Part shown: positions 24,717-38,047 of the stretch, piece after piece
Position numbering within the stretch: the first letter of the stretch is position 1
Layout of the letters: each line of letters starts with the position of its first letter
Source: Octopus sinensis
Lineage: Eukaryota
Length of the DNA: 64,000 nt
Assembly (NCBI RefSeq): GCF_006345805.1
Contig: NC_042998.1
Location: 54,436,001 to 54,500,000, forward strand
Direction: 5' to 3'
Position numbers and translations under genes: made by a program
The notes under the pieces: generated by a model
Databases searched by the model: none
Told to the model about the DNA's origin: nothing
What the model saw: only the letters and a program-made list of their open reading frames with translations

Positions 24717-24914
24717 CCATATCCGAATTAAAGCGATATGACATGGTTCTGTAAAAGTCAAGGTCACATAGTGATCACTTCCAGCAGTAAATGGGGTCAG
24801 CCACATGTGTACATCATCTCTTGTGCGATTCACTCCATCGATAAGATTCTGGACAACCCGAGGGTCCTTATTGTATTGAGGTAAGACATTGATATCTTTA
24901 GGACTTGCAGTAAT
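24717..24914 (-). CDS. KATNIP: KATNIP coding exon (ITASPKDINVLPQYNKDPRVVQNLIDGVNRTRDDVHMWLTPF...HIALIRIW)
   Basis: Acceptor catctttttcAG, donor GTGAGT; 198 nt, phase 0/0. Matches the KIAA0556 motif DPRVV.NLIDGVNRT.DD.H.WL.PF ... H.ALIRIW. Confidence 0.95.
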
Positions 24915-25970
24915 CTGAAAAAGATGAACATTAAATACCATCAATGTGCCCAAACACAAATACACATATACTCTCTCTCTCTTTCTTTCACATATGCACA
25001 ATACACTAATGGATTCACATATGAATAAGCTTCATGTTTTTACTTTTTATTCTATTTTAGTAACAACAATGAAATAAAAGCTGTCAGATAATGAAATCAT
25101 TGATCTGAGACAGAAAAAAAGCAAAAAAAAAGCCTCGTTAGAGATCCAACTGAGTTCTTTTACAGGGCTTAGATAAAACTGAAGGACTGCTGCAGTAAGT
25201 GTGTGAATCTGAAAGGGTAATACGTTGAATAAAATTGTAACTGATGATCCACCTGTATTTTCTTTTACCCAAAGCCAGAAACTTCTTAACCCTTTCATTT
25301 CCAGCCTGGCTACAGCTGACTGAAAAATGTTTTGGCTCAAACGACCAACCCGGTCAAAGCTGACTGAGTGAACCCATTGATACTTAAAAGTGAATTTCAG
25401 TATAAATCTTGTTAGTACATTCATGAAAACACACGATTTCATTTTGTAAATAATCGAGTTACAGTATCTGACACTGTTTTTCATGTGATATCTGAGCTGT
25501 GCAAATTTGGGGAGATTTTTTTCTCAACTTTTAAAATGGATAACAGTTTCATGCTGTCAAGCAGTGATTCTGAATTTGAAGCCTTTTCAACGGAAGATAT
25601 GGAGAAATCAAACAAATGTAAGCTTGTAAGCTTGCTTGAAGTAATCACTATGGAAACAAACTGTAACGCAGAAAGTAATCAAACCAAGAAAAAAGATAAC
25701 TTGTTGTTTTCATGTATTTACCTGTAATTAGAGTCACTTTGAGACCAAATTTATGCAACAGAACTGATTAAGAAACTTTTCTTCAATTGTGTTCCAAAAA
25801 TCACATTAATATGTCGATAAATAAAATAGCTACAGGTGTTTAATGAAACCAGTCTAAATTTGTGATGACTTTAGAATTTGATTGAAACTTATAAGGGGTG
25901 TGTTTTACATAGAAATATAGTAACAAAAGGGTTAAACTAGATACTGTAAGCTGTCTTTGCTATTTGACTA

Positions 25971-26262
25971 TAGTGTTAAGTCAAAAGTTTTGCAGATTGT
26001 TACTTGCTCTGATCCATGGCTCACTTCCTGTGCTGAAGATGCTTCATCAACCAAGAGGAGGTGGGAGCTTCAGTGAAGGAATTCTTCACCTCAAAAGACA
26101 AAAACTGGTTTCAAAATAGGATCAAAGAACTAGCAGAATGGTGGCTTCAGATAGTGAAACACAATGCCCTCAACTTCAAATGCTAGGCTGCTTTTGTTGT
26201 AAAATGACAAATAAAGCATATAAGTTACCAAAATATTGCAGAGCTTTTGACTCAACACATTA
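25971..26262 (+). mobile_element. Short mariner deletion derivative (MITE)
   Basis: Imperfect TIRs gtgttaagtcaaaagttttgca / tgcagagcttttgactcaacac. Interior encodes NQEEVGASVKEFFTSKDKNWFQNRIKELAEWW, a mariner C-terminal motif. Confidence 0.7.
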
Positions 26263-26681
26263 TATACTATTTTAATCTTGCCAAGATAATCTGGTAATCA
26301 CTTAGCACTAGCAAGAACATCTGTTCTATAAGCGTCCAACATAATTAATGTCCTACGTTAGTTTGATGTTTGTGATGAGAAATAAATCAAATTATGAATC
26401 AACATAACATAAACAGACATTTATATACCATCATAAGGTGTAAGGTGAATAATAAATTCACTGCTCTTTAAACTACATTTTATGAAGCAAAAACTGACAA
26501 AAATCTTATGAGATTTTACACTTGTGATCTCTTGAAGGGGAATTAATAACTTCAAAGATGTTGTTGAATAAAAGAAAAAATTTATCAGGTCAAAAAAAAA
26601 AACCAAAAAAAAAAAACAAACAAAAAAGTATTTCTATAAACGATGTTAACCACAGATCTTCTTCTAATCTATATACTTTAA

Positions 26682-26903
26682 CCCTTTAGCATTTAAACCG
26701 GCCATATCCAGCTGAAATGTTCTACTTGTTTTATGTTCAAATTGGCCAGATCCAACCTCTCACACAGACCCCTATAATGTCATTCTTACAAATAAACAAT
26801 TGCATCATCGAAATCTTGAAGCTACATGAAAATGCATTTTTAATTCAAAACAATATAAGTTAATAAGCATTACAATTGACAGAATAATCTGAATGCTAAA
26901 GGG
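26682..26903. mobile_element. piggyBac-type MITE (222 bp)
   Basis: TTAA|CCCTTTAGCATT ... AATGCTAAAGGG|TTAA: TTAA TSD and CCC-initiated TIRs. Confidence 0.8.
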
Positions 26904-27548
26904 TTAAGCAGAGGGATAACAGAGTATAATATCACCACAGAAGTAGTTCATTCTCAAGCTCTTATATAATTCTAGTCTAAGATCTGGAAAGGAAAGAAGG
27001 AAGGAGATAATATGCATCATGGTTGAATACCTATAGGAAAGAATAAATATACCAGTATCAATGATAATATATACACTATCAACTCCAAAATTTTTGCTAA
27101 AAGTGAGGAAAGCCACATAATTGAAGAGCTCAAGGAAAAGACTTAATAACTGAATACTGGTTCAAAATGTTAATATTCTACAGAATTACACTCATATGTA
27201 TATTTGAAATAACTATGTAAAGCATAATATTAACATATGCCATGTTAAAAGCACCCAGTACACACTGTAAAATGGTTTGCTTCAGGAAGGGTTTCCAGCC
27301 ACAAAAACCAAGCCAAATCAGACTGGTGCCTAGTGCAGCTCTATTGCTAGCCAGCTCTGATCAAACTGTCCAATCCAAGCCAGTATGGAAAACAGATGTT
27401 GAAGGATGATGATGATAGTGATAATGATGATGATGAGATTAGCTTGCGATAACATAGATAAATCTTGCAGCTAAGAATGAAATCACTGACATGGTGGAAA
27501 ATATTGGGCTTCTTTATCTTTCTTAGAAATTATGTATATATTTTACAT

Positions 27549-27749
27549 AGGCGCAGGAGTGGCTGTGTGGTAAGTAGCTTGTCTACCAACCACATGGTTC
27601 CGGGTTCAGTCCCACTGCGTGGCACCTTGGGCAAGTGTCTTCTACTATGGCACCTTGGGCAAGTGTCTTCTACTACTTTGGGTCGACCAAAGCCTTGTGA
27701 GTGGATTTGGTAGACGGAAACTGAAAGAAGCCCATCGTATATATATATA

Positions 27750-27792
<43 letters not shown>

Positions 27793-27990
27793 TGTGTGTG
27801 TTTGTCCCCTAGCATTGCTTGACAACTGATGCTGGTGTGTTTATGTCCCCGTTACTTAGCGGTTCGGCAAAAGAGACCGATAGAATAAGTACTGGGCTTA
27901 CAAAAGAATAAGTCCCGGGGTTGAGTTGCTCGATTAAAAGGCGGTGCTCCAGCATGGCTGCAGTCAAATGACTGAAACAAGTAAACGAGT
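27549..27990 (+). mobile_element. Full-length copy of the same SINE with an internal 28-bp tandem duplication
   Basis: ggcaccttgggcaagtgtcttctacta(t/c) occurs twice in tandem at ~27620-27675. Confidence 0.85.
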
Positions 27991-27999
27991 AAAGAGTAA

Positions 28000-29200
28000 A
28001 GCTGTTTTAACCAATTTGTTTCACTACTATGAGTTCAACAAGATTTGAATGATGAGCAGCTAGGTTGAAGAAGGGGATACATGGGCAGTACCTCAAACAA
28101 CTTTTAATTAATAAACCTGTAATGTGTAATGCAAAAAAATTTTTTTTTAATTGCAGTAGCCTTGTGACTGTGTCACCTGAATATAAAAAGGTGCTGCAGT
28201 TGATAGAAGTACATCCTGTCTTAATTGCTGCCATGAAAAGATTCAGAACAACATAGTAAAACTTGTAACTGAAATCTTTCATGATGTTTTCCATAAACCT
28301 CTTCTTATGAGTTCTTTATTACATATAATCTCCAAATTTCTCCTTAAGAAAATCAAATTTCAGACCAAGTTAGCCACCACCGTCACCATAAGACTGTAGG
28401 CATCCACCAATGCCGATACACATATAAAAAAAACCTAAACTGACTGGATTTAATTGCAGTACATTTCATTCTGTTCATTTAACGGCAAATGAGCATTTGT
28501 GTACTAAGCAAAGATAATGTCTGAAACAGATAAAATAAATCATCACTAATGTCCGTTTACCCATGCTGAACAGACTTTACAGTATCTCATCACTGGTCAT
28601 GATCCTTTGTTACCTGGTGCACATGGTCACAGAGAAAACCAGCATCTTTGTTGCATTGAAAAGTCATCTCAAACATGCCTTGAGAATCTCCTCACCTTTC
28701 TCTGTTCTTTGCATTTTAACAAATGCTTTTTGCAGCTGGATGCTCTTCATATTACCATTTCTTTATTTTTAAAAATACCTATTTTACCAACCACTTTACA
28801 ATGTAGCCTGGGTGAATTTTACCTTGCTACCAGCATTAGAAGGGATGTCTCAAACAAGATTAAAGAGACCCCATTTTTTTCTTTCTTGATACCCTTTCTA
28901 CAAACAACAACATAACAGTATGGCAGAGGTGGACAATATGGATTTTATCAAGCCACAGGTACAAGAGATTGTTGTCTCTAAGAAAATGAAAGAACTCTTT
29001 GTATCCTATGTAGCCTCAATTCATTCTTTTCTATTTTCTGTAAAAGCCAGGTATCTTCCTATCAAGAAAGCCAAAACAAAATTATTCAATGCAGTCACCC
29101 ATGACCTAGAAATAGCAGTTAATTCTCCTTCAGTTCACACCCTACAGTCTTCAATAAAGCACACATTAGAAAACATAGTTCTATATACAGTGTCTATAAA
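28000..29200 (-). mobile_element. Highly decayed RTE LINE fragment
   Basis: Minus-strand ttcattttcttagagacaac and tgtggcttgataaaat align by eye with the WTFLRDNLL/CGWCK region of the RTE at 55310-55375. Boundaries approximate. Confidence 0.5.
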
Positions 29201-32200
29201 CTAAAAATGAGATAGTCATGACTAGAACACATCATATTATGGATCTGTTAGATCAGAGCTGAGTTAAATGATGAATATGTATTTATTCAGAATATCAACA
29301 TATAAAAAAAATATAAAAGTGTAACATATTTAATAATATACATATGGAAATTCACATTTATGAAGTTGTATTCCAGTTCTGGTTTAAGAGCACCACTTGG
29401 CCTGTGGGTGCCTTTAACAGAGTCTACTCTGATGCAAGCATTCAGGTGAGGTCTCTGCTTTGAAGAAAACTTGCTATCTTGAGCTGCTTCCTGCAGTTAC
29501 TTCCCTTGAGTGCTATAGTTCATGAAAGATACAAGTTCCTGACCCCACATAAGCTACAATACCCACTTGTAACCATATGTCTTCAGCTAAGCTAATTACA
29601 ATAACTGATATAGTGATTCTAAGTATCTCAAAACCGTAGTTTCATCTTCTGATAGCCATCCACTTCTGAGATCCTCCAAAGTCATAGGTGCTACGCAACC
29701 TCCTTTGAATAAGCCATAGTTACAATTCCTACAAAAAATTATACTCCTGTCTTGTTCTTTTCTCAGTGAATGCACATGGTTTAGTGATGAGGTTTTTTGG
29801 CTCATGGTCATAAGATCGCTAGTTCAATTCCTAGTGGTGTGTCATGTCTCTTGGGCAAGACTCTTTATTTCATGTTGCTCCAGTTCACTCAGATGACAAA
29901 AATGAATAGTACCTGTGTTTCAAAGGGCCAACTTGTCATATTTTCTGTCACACTGAATCTCTTTGAGAAGTGGGTTGAGGGCATGCATATCAGTGGAGAA
30001 CTTAGTCACTTGCACATTCATTTTAATGTGCAGGTTGTTCCATTGATCGGATAAACTGGAATACGAACTGTCATAACTGATGGTCTATCAGTATTCGTTT
30101 TCCTAGTTTCCTGCTCATTCAGCTGGACATTTGACTTTCAGCAATACACATCTTTTCTTCCCCAACTCTTAATTCAACCAGATTATGTCTGCTGTCCACA
30201 ACTGTAATTGCATGGTCAAGGAATTTGCTTTGCAACAATGTAGTTTGGGGTTCAGTTCCACTGTACAGCATGATGGGCAAATGTTTTCTTCTATAGCACC
30301 AGGTCTACTAATGTCTTGTGCATAAATTTGGTAGATGCAAACAGCAAGAAGTCTATTGTGTGTCTGAGTGAGTGAGAGTGTGTATGTATATGCATATGTG
30401 TGTGTGTGCATGTTTGTGTGTGTGTGTGTGTCAGTGTACAATAATGTTGACATCTCATGGTTTTGCTTGAGTAAAATGATATCTCTAGATCTATAAACGG
30501 CAAAAAGTTTGTGTATCTGTGTGTCCTTTATACAAATCCAGTTTTTCACGTAAAAGGCTCACATTTTTTATGGGCTTTCAAAACTGTCTGAGGGTGGTCG
30601 TGAAGATCTTTTCATTTCCCCAGTCACCCCAGAAAGCCATTAAAAAAAAATCGATAAACCGACCCCTTATGCCCATAAGTTATGGGCATATGGGCATTGT
30701 CGAAGTCCAATGAATATTAATTACTCTCATAAAAAGCTCCAACTAGATCATAAACAACAAAACTGGCCCAGGCTGAAATGTGATAAGAAACTTAGCTTTT
30801 GACATAGTGAGAAATTTTTACTGCGACCTGGCAACAAACAACAAGCACTAGCACTAGACCTGGCAACACCAGGTCATGGTGCGAGTTGAGCTTAAATTTT
30901 TTGTTGATATTATGACTAGTGACACTATTCTTTCAAAGGCTTGTGGAATAATATATTCCTCACTTAAGAAATAAGGGTCAGTGACAAGAAGAGCATCCAG
31001 ATGCAAAAATCTAGCCTCGAAATCAATTCTGGTCCAAGCCATGCTAGCATGGAAAAACTAAATGCTGAACAAATGAATATTGCCATAACAAAATAATAAA
31101 TTCCAAAAAAGACGCAGAACATTTCTAAATATGTGGTTTCGATTAAACGGTTGATACAACTCATAAGTATTGAATATGATATGACTTGTAAGTATTAAGA
31201 TTTATAATTCCACATCCCAGTATATTTAATAACATTTTTTGGATGTATATTTACAATATTTTCATCTAGACTATAGACTATATTTCCCTCTCCCATCGTT
31301 GGCAGGTGTCTTATTAATACATATATAAATATATTTATATATATATGTCTGAGATCATGTACACAAGCAAGAATAATATATTGGAGACATAAACATTTCA
31401 AATAATAGTCCAGAATATTTCAATTTTAACATGATTTATATGTTCATATCTACATAAAATGTAGCCTTCATATTTCAAGAACATATACTAACTGCATAAC
31501 TAAAACTTTTCTCTAGCATATGTTATTTTATAGTATTTCCCCACTCAATTCTGAAACTGCTACAGATTATTTTATTGAATTTCAATTGTGTTGCAGACTT
31601 ATAAAATGTTATGTCAAACTATTAAATCATGTGAAGTTATATATAAGAGAGACCCTGTCTCGACAGAGGCTAGTTACTTTATATAACTCTGAGATCCTTT
31701 ACAGATTCTGAAGAGTGTGTACTTCTAAGAATATGAATATACTTATGAGTGTATATGTGTGTAGATATATACATACATACATACATTCATACACACACAC
31801 ACATGTATGTATGTGTATATATATGTGTGTGTGTATACGTATATATATATGTGCTTCTGTATGTGTATGTAGGTATGTATATATATATAAATATATATGT
31901 ATGTGTGAGTATATATATGTATGTGTCATTTCATAGCATGTGTGTGTATATGGCTGTGACATCATGTGTGTGCATGTGTGTTTGTGTGTGTTGCATAAAT
32001 ATATGTGTGTATGTTTGTGTCTCCTTTTCTTGACGTTCTGTGACTGTTCTAAATGAGTGGCACTGCTTTACAAGTAGTGTAAGTTCCAATTATTGGCAAA
32101 AACATGTCTGGCCATAGGGGAAAATATTACCTTGCTTGGAACCAGGTGAATATTGGTGACAGGAAGGGCATTCAGCTGTAGAAAATCTGCCTTACTAAAC

Positions 32201-32264
32201 TCTTTCCAATCCATGCAAATGCTATGAAAATGACCCCATTTTCACGGCATTTTTCCAATGGCCG

Positions 32265-32325
32265 GATAACTGAAGAGATGGCAGCGTGGATTTCCACCTC
32301 GGCATCCGAAACTCGGAGTTTTATC
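32265..32325 (+). ncRNA. Hammerhead-like motif
   Basis: GAUAA-CUGAAGA-GAUG..CAUC-C-GAAA-CUC-G-GAGU-U-UUAUC: perfect 5-bp helix I and ACUC/GAGU helix III. Confidence 0.62.
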
Positions 32326-32469
32326 ATGGCTACTGAATTATTGTCACATATTAAATTTACAGATAAATTCCTCTATTTACATAATATCAAGGTCTCTTTC
32401 ATTCTTTTGTTGTCTTACCATTTTTATCATATATATATATATATATGTATGTATACATACATATATATG

Positions 32470-32500
<31 letters not shown>

Positions 32501-35216
32501 GTAATTTTGTATGTATGTGTGTACACACACACAAGAATATAAAACATAAGAGCTTGAACAGCTCATACATCTTTTAATATCTAATTTTATCATTCCGTAT
32601 TAAATAATTACAAATGTCACCGGCTTTCATTAATAAAGATTGTCTACTGGCAGGAAATGAAAGAAAATTTCAAATATATCTATAGTAACTAGCAGCAATT
32701 CTCAACTCGTAATTGTTTACGATCTAATCGGGAATTAATAATTACATTTATTAATTTCATTTATAATAAGTAATCATGTTAACCTTGTGAAAGAATTTCA
32801 ATAAAGCTACTAAAACCACTTCAGAATAAATGGCTACAAAGTGTTACCGGTCTCGTTAAATAAAAGAAACTATTGTTTTGGATTTTTGTACATCCAAAAC
32901 ACCTGATTAACCCTCGACTCTGAATATTCCAAGGCAACTTTTACAACAGTGTTTGAATTAGACATTTAGTTATTGAAAGATAGTAGGTGCTGGTGTGGCT
33001 GTATATATGAGATGTTTGCTTCCCAACCACACAATTTTGGGTTCTGTCCCACTGTGTGGTACCTTGGGCAAGTGCCTGCTACTATAGTCCCAGGCTGACC
33101 AAAGCCTTATGAGTAGATCTGGGAAACAGAAAATGGAAGACTGAAAGAAGCCCACTGAATATGTGTGGGCATGTGTGTATGTGTGTATATGTTGCTGTGG
33201 CTGTGAGTGTGTGTGTGTGCATGCATGTGGCTGTAGTTGGGTGTGTGAATGTGCGTGTGGGATGGTTGTGTGTGTATGTGTGTGTGTGGCTGTGACGGCA
33301 CGTGTGTGCATGTGTTTGTGTGTGTGTGTGTTGCATAAATCTGTGCGTGTATGTTTGTGTCTTCTTCTCTTGACATTCCGTGACTGTTTTAAATGTGTGT
33401 CACTGTTTTACAAGTAGTGTACGTTCCAATTATTGGCAAAAACATGACTGGCCATAGGGGAAAATATTACCTTGCTTGGAAACAGGTGAAGACTGATGAC
33501 AGGAAGGTCATTCAGCTGTAGAAAATTTGCCTTACTAAGCTCTTTGTAACCCATGCAAGCATAGAAATGGATGTTAAAATGATGATAATGATGAAGATGA
33601 ATACTGTATTTCATATGTAAACAAATGGTAAGAAGTTTGCTTCACAGCAAAATGATTTAGGGTTTAACACATTGCAATTCAGGTTACTCTTTCAAATGTA
33701 ATGCTTTATTTATTCACATTGTTTTGAATTAATCATGCATTACCTCATATCTTTGAGATTTTGATGATGTGATTGTTTATTTTTAGAGCAAAATTTTAGG
33801 GTATGTGTGAGAGCCTGGATTTGGTCAGTTGGAACATAAAACAGATGGAATATTTTGGCTAGGTGTAGCCAGTTTAAATGCTAAAGAGCTAATCTGTGTG
33901 ACACTTAGGGCAGGTGTCTTCTGCTGCAGTTTTCAAATGTCCACTGCCTTGTGAATGAAATTTTATAGATGGAAACTATATGGAAGCCTGGTGTGTGTGC
34001 TTGAGAGAGAGGGGGGGGCATTGTCTATGTATGTCTGTGCCACTTGGGTAGTGGTGATGCTTGTCTATGCTTCCCACCTAAAATATATCCTATATCCCAA
34101 CAGCTTGATGTAGGAAGACCAGCAGAAAAAGACACCTTAATTGGTATCAGGAAGAGCATCCAGCAGAAGAATAAAGTCCAAGAAATCTCATTCAATTCAT
34201 GCCAAGACAGAAAAAAATAGACATTAAAGCAATGATGATGATGATGAAAACAGAAAGGCAGAATGTGTTGCAGATATTCTACCACAGCAAAAAAAAAAAA
34301 AAATGAGTGCTTACATTGCAGATATATTACCATATAATGCATTATAAAAAAATAAATATCAGCAGTTACACAATAGTTTTATTTCATAAATAGAATTTAC
34401 AAAAGAATTTCTGTAGAAAAAATTGCAGAAATATGGCATCATATTACATGATGGTGTAGTTGAAATTTTAACTGAATGAAATCTAATGCAATGGCAATTA
34501 CATTAACCCTGTAGCTTTTGGATTAGTTTGTTAATGCTTATTTATTCACATTGTTTTAAATCTGTCATTCATTATTTTGTAGCTTCAAGATATTAGTGAT
34601 GTGGTTCGATATTATTTTACAGTACATGTGAAAGGTAGGATCTGGCCAGTTTGAACACTAAATGGAGAGAATATTTGAACTGGATATGGCCAGTTTAAAT
34701 CCTTAACGGCTGAAGTACTTTATCAATTGAAGGAAAATGCTTTTCAAACAAAATAATAATACTGATTTTTTTCTAACTTCAACATATGACCACAAATTTG
34801 TGAGGAAGTTACAACGAACCACAACAACCCCCAATACTTAAGTCTGTTTTGTGCCCTAGGACAAATAAAGCCAGAGCTTAATCTGGTCCTTATAACATAT
34901 AAAAGAGTAAGATTATAACAGGATGCCAGTCCATTGCAAATTTAACTTCCCAGCAGTTGCTGGAACTTATTTACAGCTGAGTGGACTGGACCAATATGTT
35001 TCTCTCAAGAACACAATGCATAGCCCAGTCTGCGAATTGAAAGCTTGATCATCAAATTGTGAATGTAACTCACTCAACTCAGGACCAGATAAATCCACTA
35101 CCCTAATACAGAACTGGTACTTATTTTATTGACCCAGGAGGAGGAAAGCAAAGTCAGCCCTAACAGAATTCAGCAATTAATGTAAATGAAAGCAGCTAAG
35201 TATAACAAGGCCTTTC

Positions 35217-35247
<31 letters not shown>

Positions 35248-35934
35248 TCCTTTATTCTTTTACATGTTTCATTCATTTGACTGTGGCCATCCAGGAGCAC
35301 CACCTTTAGTTGAAGAAATCGACCCCAGGACTTATTTTTTGTAAGCCTAGTACTTATTCTATTGGTCTCTTTTGACAAACCCGCTAAGTTATGGGGGTCA
35401 TAAACACACCAACATCAGTTGTCAAGTGATGTGGGTGGACAAACAGACACACACACACGATGGGCTTCTTTCAGTTTCCGTCTACCAAATCCACTCACAA
35501 GGCTTTAGTTGGCCGAAAGCTATAGTAGAAGAGACTTGCCCAAGGTGCCATACAGTGGGACTGAACCCGCAACCATGTAGCTGGAAAGCAAGCTTCTTAC
35601 CATAAAAACAAAAAAAAAAGAATTTGTTGCTAAAATAGGAACAACTTGAATGTTATGCAAAACTAGAGGAACATGAATTTCAAAGTTAAATCATCTTCAA
35701 AGTAAAGAAACTCTCTAAAAAGAGGTATTTTCCTGAGATTTCTATGGGTTTTTTTTTGTTATTTTGGGGGATTTTTTTATCTACGAGCACATTTTTTTTA
35801 GTAAATTACCATCTATATTGTTGAAAACATCAGTTCTTGATCAACAACTGAAGTTAAAGCAACATCAAGCATAGTCAGTACTTAGATGGGTGACTGCATA
35901 GGAAATCTAGGTGCTGTAGGCATCCGTAAAAGCA

Positions 35935-36560
35935 TGTGGCTTAGTAGTTAGGGCATTCGGCTCACGATTGTAAGGTCGTGAGTTCGATTCCAAGCGACGC
36001 ATTGTGTCCTTGAGCAAGACACTTTATTTCATGTTGCTCCAGTCCACTCAGCCGGCAAAAATGAATTGTACCTGTATTTCAAAGGGGCGGCCTTGTCACA
36101 CTGTGTGTCACGCTGAATCTCCCTGAGAACTACGTTAAGGGTACACGTGTCTGTGGAGTGTTCAGCCACTTGCACATTAATTTCACGAGCAGGCTGTTCC
36201 GTTGATCGTATCAGCTGGGACCCTCGTCGTAACCGACGGAGTGCTCCTTAAGTAGTTAGGGCATTCAGCTCATAATTGGAAGGTTGTGAGTTTGATATCC
36301 GGCAATGCATTGTGTTCTTGAGCAAAAAGACACTTTATTTCATGTTGCTCCAGTCCACACAGCCAGCAACAATGAGTTGTAACTGTAATTCAAAAGCTCA
36401 TTCTTTTCACATTCAGTGTCTCTCTGAATTTCACAGGGAATTATATTAAGGGTACACATGACTGTGGGGTGCTCAGTCACTTGAGTGTTAATCTTACGAG
36501 CAGGCTGTTCTGTTGATTGGATCAACTGGAACCGTCATAGTTGTAACTGACAGTGTGCCT
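35935..36560 (+). mobile_element. Two head-to-tail copies of a third tRNA-derived SINE family
   Basis: Head ggcttagtagttagggcattcggctc...gagttcgattcc and middle tgtgtccttgagcaagacacttta; copies ~35935-36245 and ~36252-36560, plus ~29790-30090. Confidence 0.75.
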
Positions 36561-37069
36561 GTCTAGGTATCTTTATCCAGAGAGAGCCCTAACATGGCTA
36601 GTTAGTTGACTAAAATTAGTAAAAGAATAATCTAAGAAGTAACATAAAGTCTTATTTTACATACATACATACATATATACATATGCATACACACACATAT
36701 ATACATACATGCACTGACCCACACACATGCGCACAAACAAACAAAAGGGAACGCAGTGTAAATAACAGACAGAGTCAAGACTATTGAAAAGGATGCAAGA
36801 TGCAACGAAAATTTTAGGAAAATAAAAATAAGAAATAAGTGGAAATTTTACCGGTGAGTGAGTTAAATTATAAGGCACAAAAAGAAAATGACTCTTCCCA
36901 GACACAATAGAATATGCTTCAACACACGAACTCATATAAAAAAATCTTGCAAACCAAATCCCAAAACGTAATCTTATTTTACAACCCTCAAATATTAAAT
37001 TGATATAAAGATACTAAAAATAAGAAAATTATGATAATTAAACACATTAGCAGAAGTAGCAACACTTAC

Positions 37070-37211
37070 TTTTTTTACTGTAACAGATTCACCCTTTTCT
37101 GAGAAAATATCAATTCCAGTGAGTCCAACATAATGTTTATCACCCCATGTCGTCTTGATGTTAATGACAAGTTCTTGTCCATATGGTAGTTCCGGGATAG
37201 TGAAATTTTCA
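37070..37211 (-). CDS. KATNIP: KATNIP/KIAA0556 coding exon (xENFTIPELPYGQELVINIKTTWGDKHYVGLTGIDIFSEKGESVTVKK)
   Basis: Acceptor ttatttcAG at 37213-37212, donor GTAAGT at 37069; 142 nt. Peptide matches the recalled KIAA0556 motif F.IP.LPYGQ.LVI.IK.TWGD.HYVGL.GI.IF. Confidence 0.93.
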
Positions 37212-38047
37212 CTGAAATAAGAAAATAAAATACCATTTACCCTGTTAAAATGCATTACTCAGTCCAGAATGAGATTTTAATGGATATTTTAACTGTTTCA
37301 TATCTAATAACAGATATGTAACAGATGCTGTGGTGATTATTATTGGTAGCTGGTTAATAAGGAGCTCGCGGGTTGGTGAGGTAGGCACCAAAATGAATTG
37401 TGAGAAAGATAAAATAACTTCTTACAGATTTTATTTATCCATCACAATTTGTCTCATTATCAACAGTGTACAGAGTCGGTAACAATTGGTTGTTTCCTAG
37501 TGTTAAGGTTAAAGATAAACTGAGAGTCAGCCTAATACATTCACTGTGTATGGCCTTTTGACTTGTGCAACTTTTAAGGTAATGTTTGTGTCAGAAGTGG
37601 ATGCTAGAAAGAGATAGACAAGTGACATCCAAGAGTGAAAACAAACTGTCCCATGAAATCTTCACTAACTAGCTACCAATATTAATCACTACTACAGCTG
37701 TTACATCAATCAGTAACATATAACTGTTGCATTTGGTGTCCCACTGCCAAAGTGATTAACAGTTATATGTTACTGATATCACATATGAGAGAAAAACATT
37801 TATTTACTGAAGAAATATCTTAGAACTTGAAAACCCAACATTAAACATTATTACTAGATAAAAAAAAAGGCATTAGCATCAATAAAAATTTTTAAATGAG
37901 AGAGAGAGAAGGAGTGAGACAGATAGAGACAATGTGAATCTATGAGTTAGAGAAAATAAGCAAAACCAAAGGTCATAACTTTAAGAAGCTAATTCTATAC
38001 AATTTGTAAGGAGGAAAATGAATTTTAAAATATGGATAAATCAAAAC

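Noticed and set aside
29596-29811. Minus-strand ORF with a plausible acceptor (GGCVAPMTLEDLRSGWLSEDETTVLRYL)
   Set aside because: Ends in a stop, lies between two exons that are contiguous in the protein, matches no known motif and sits beside decayed TE DNA.
30668-30690. 23-bp near-perfect palindrome tatgcccataa-g-ttatgggcata
   Set aside because: Isolated and short; no TSD, partner or other copy was found to give it meaning.
31699-33417. Many 60-130 aa ORFs rich in H/T/Y/I/C/V here and at 14127-14611, 38095-38460, 40233-40542 and 48052-48456
   Set aside because: Translations of (CA)n/(TA)n microsatellites and SINEs, not genes.
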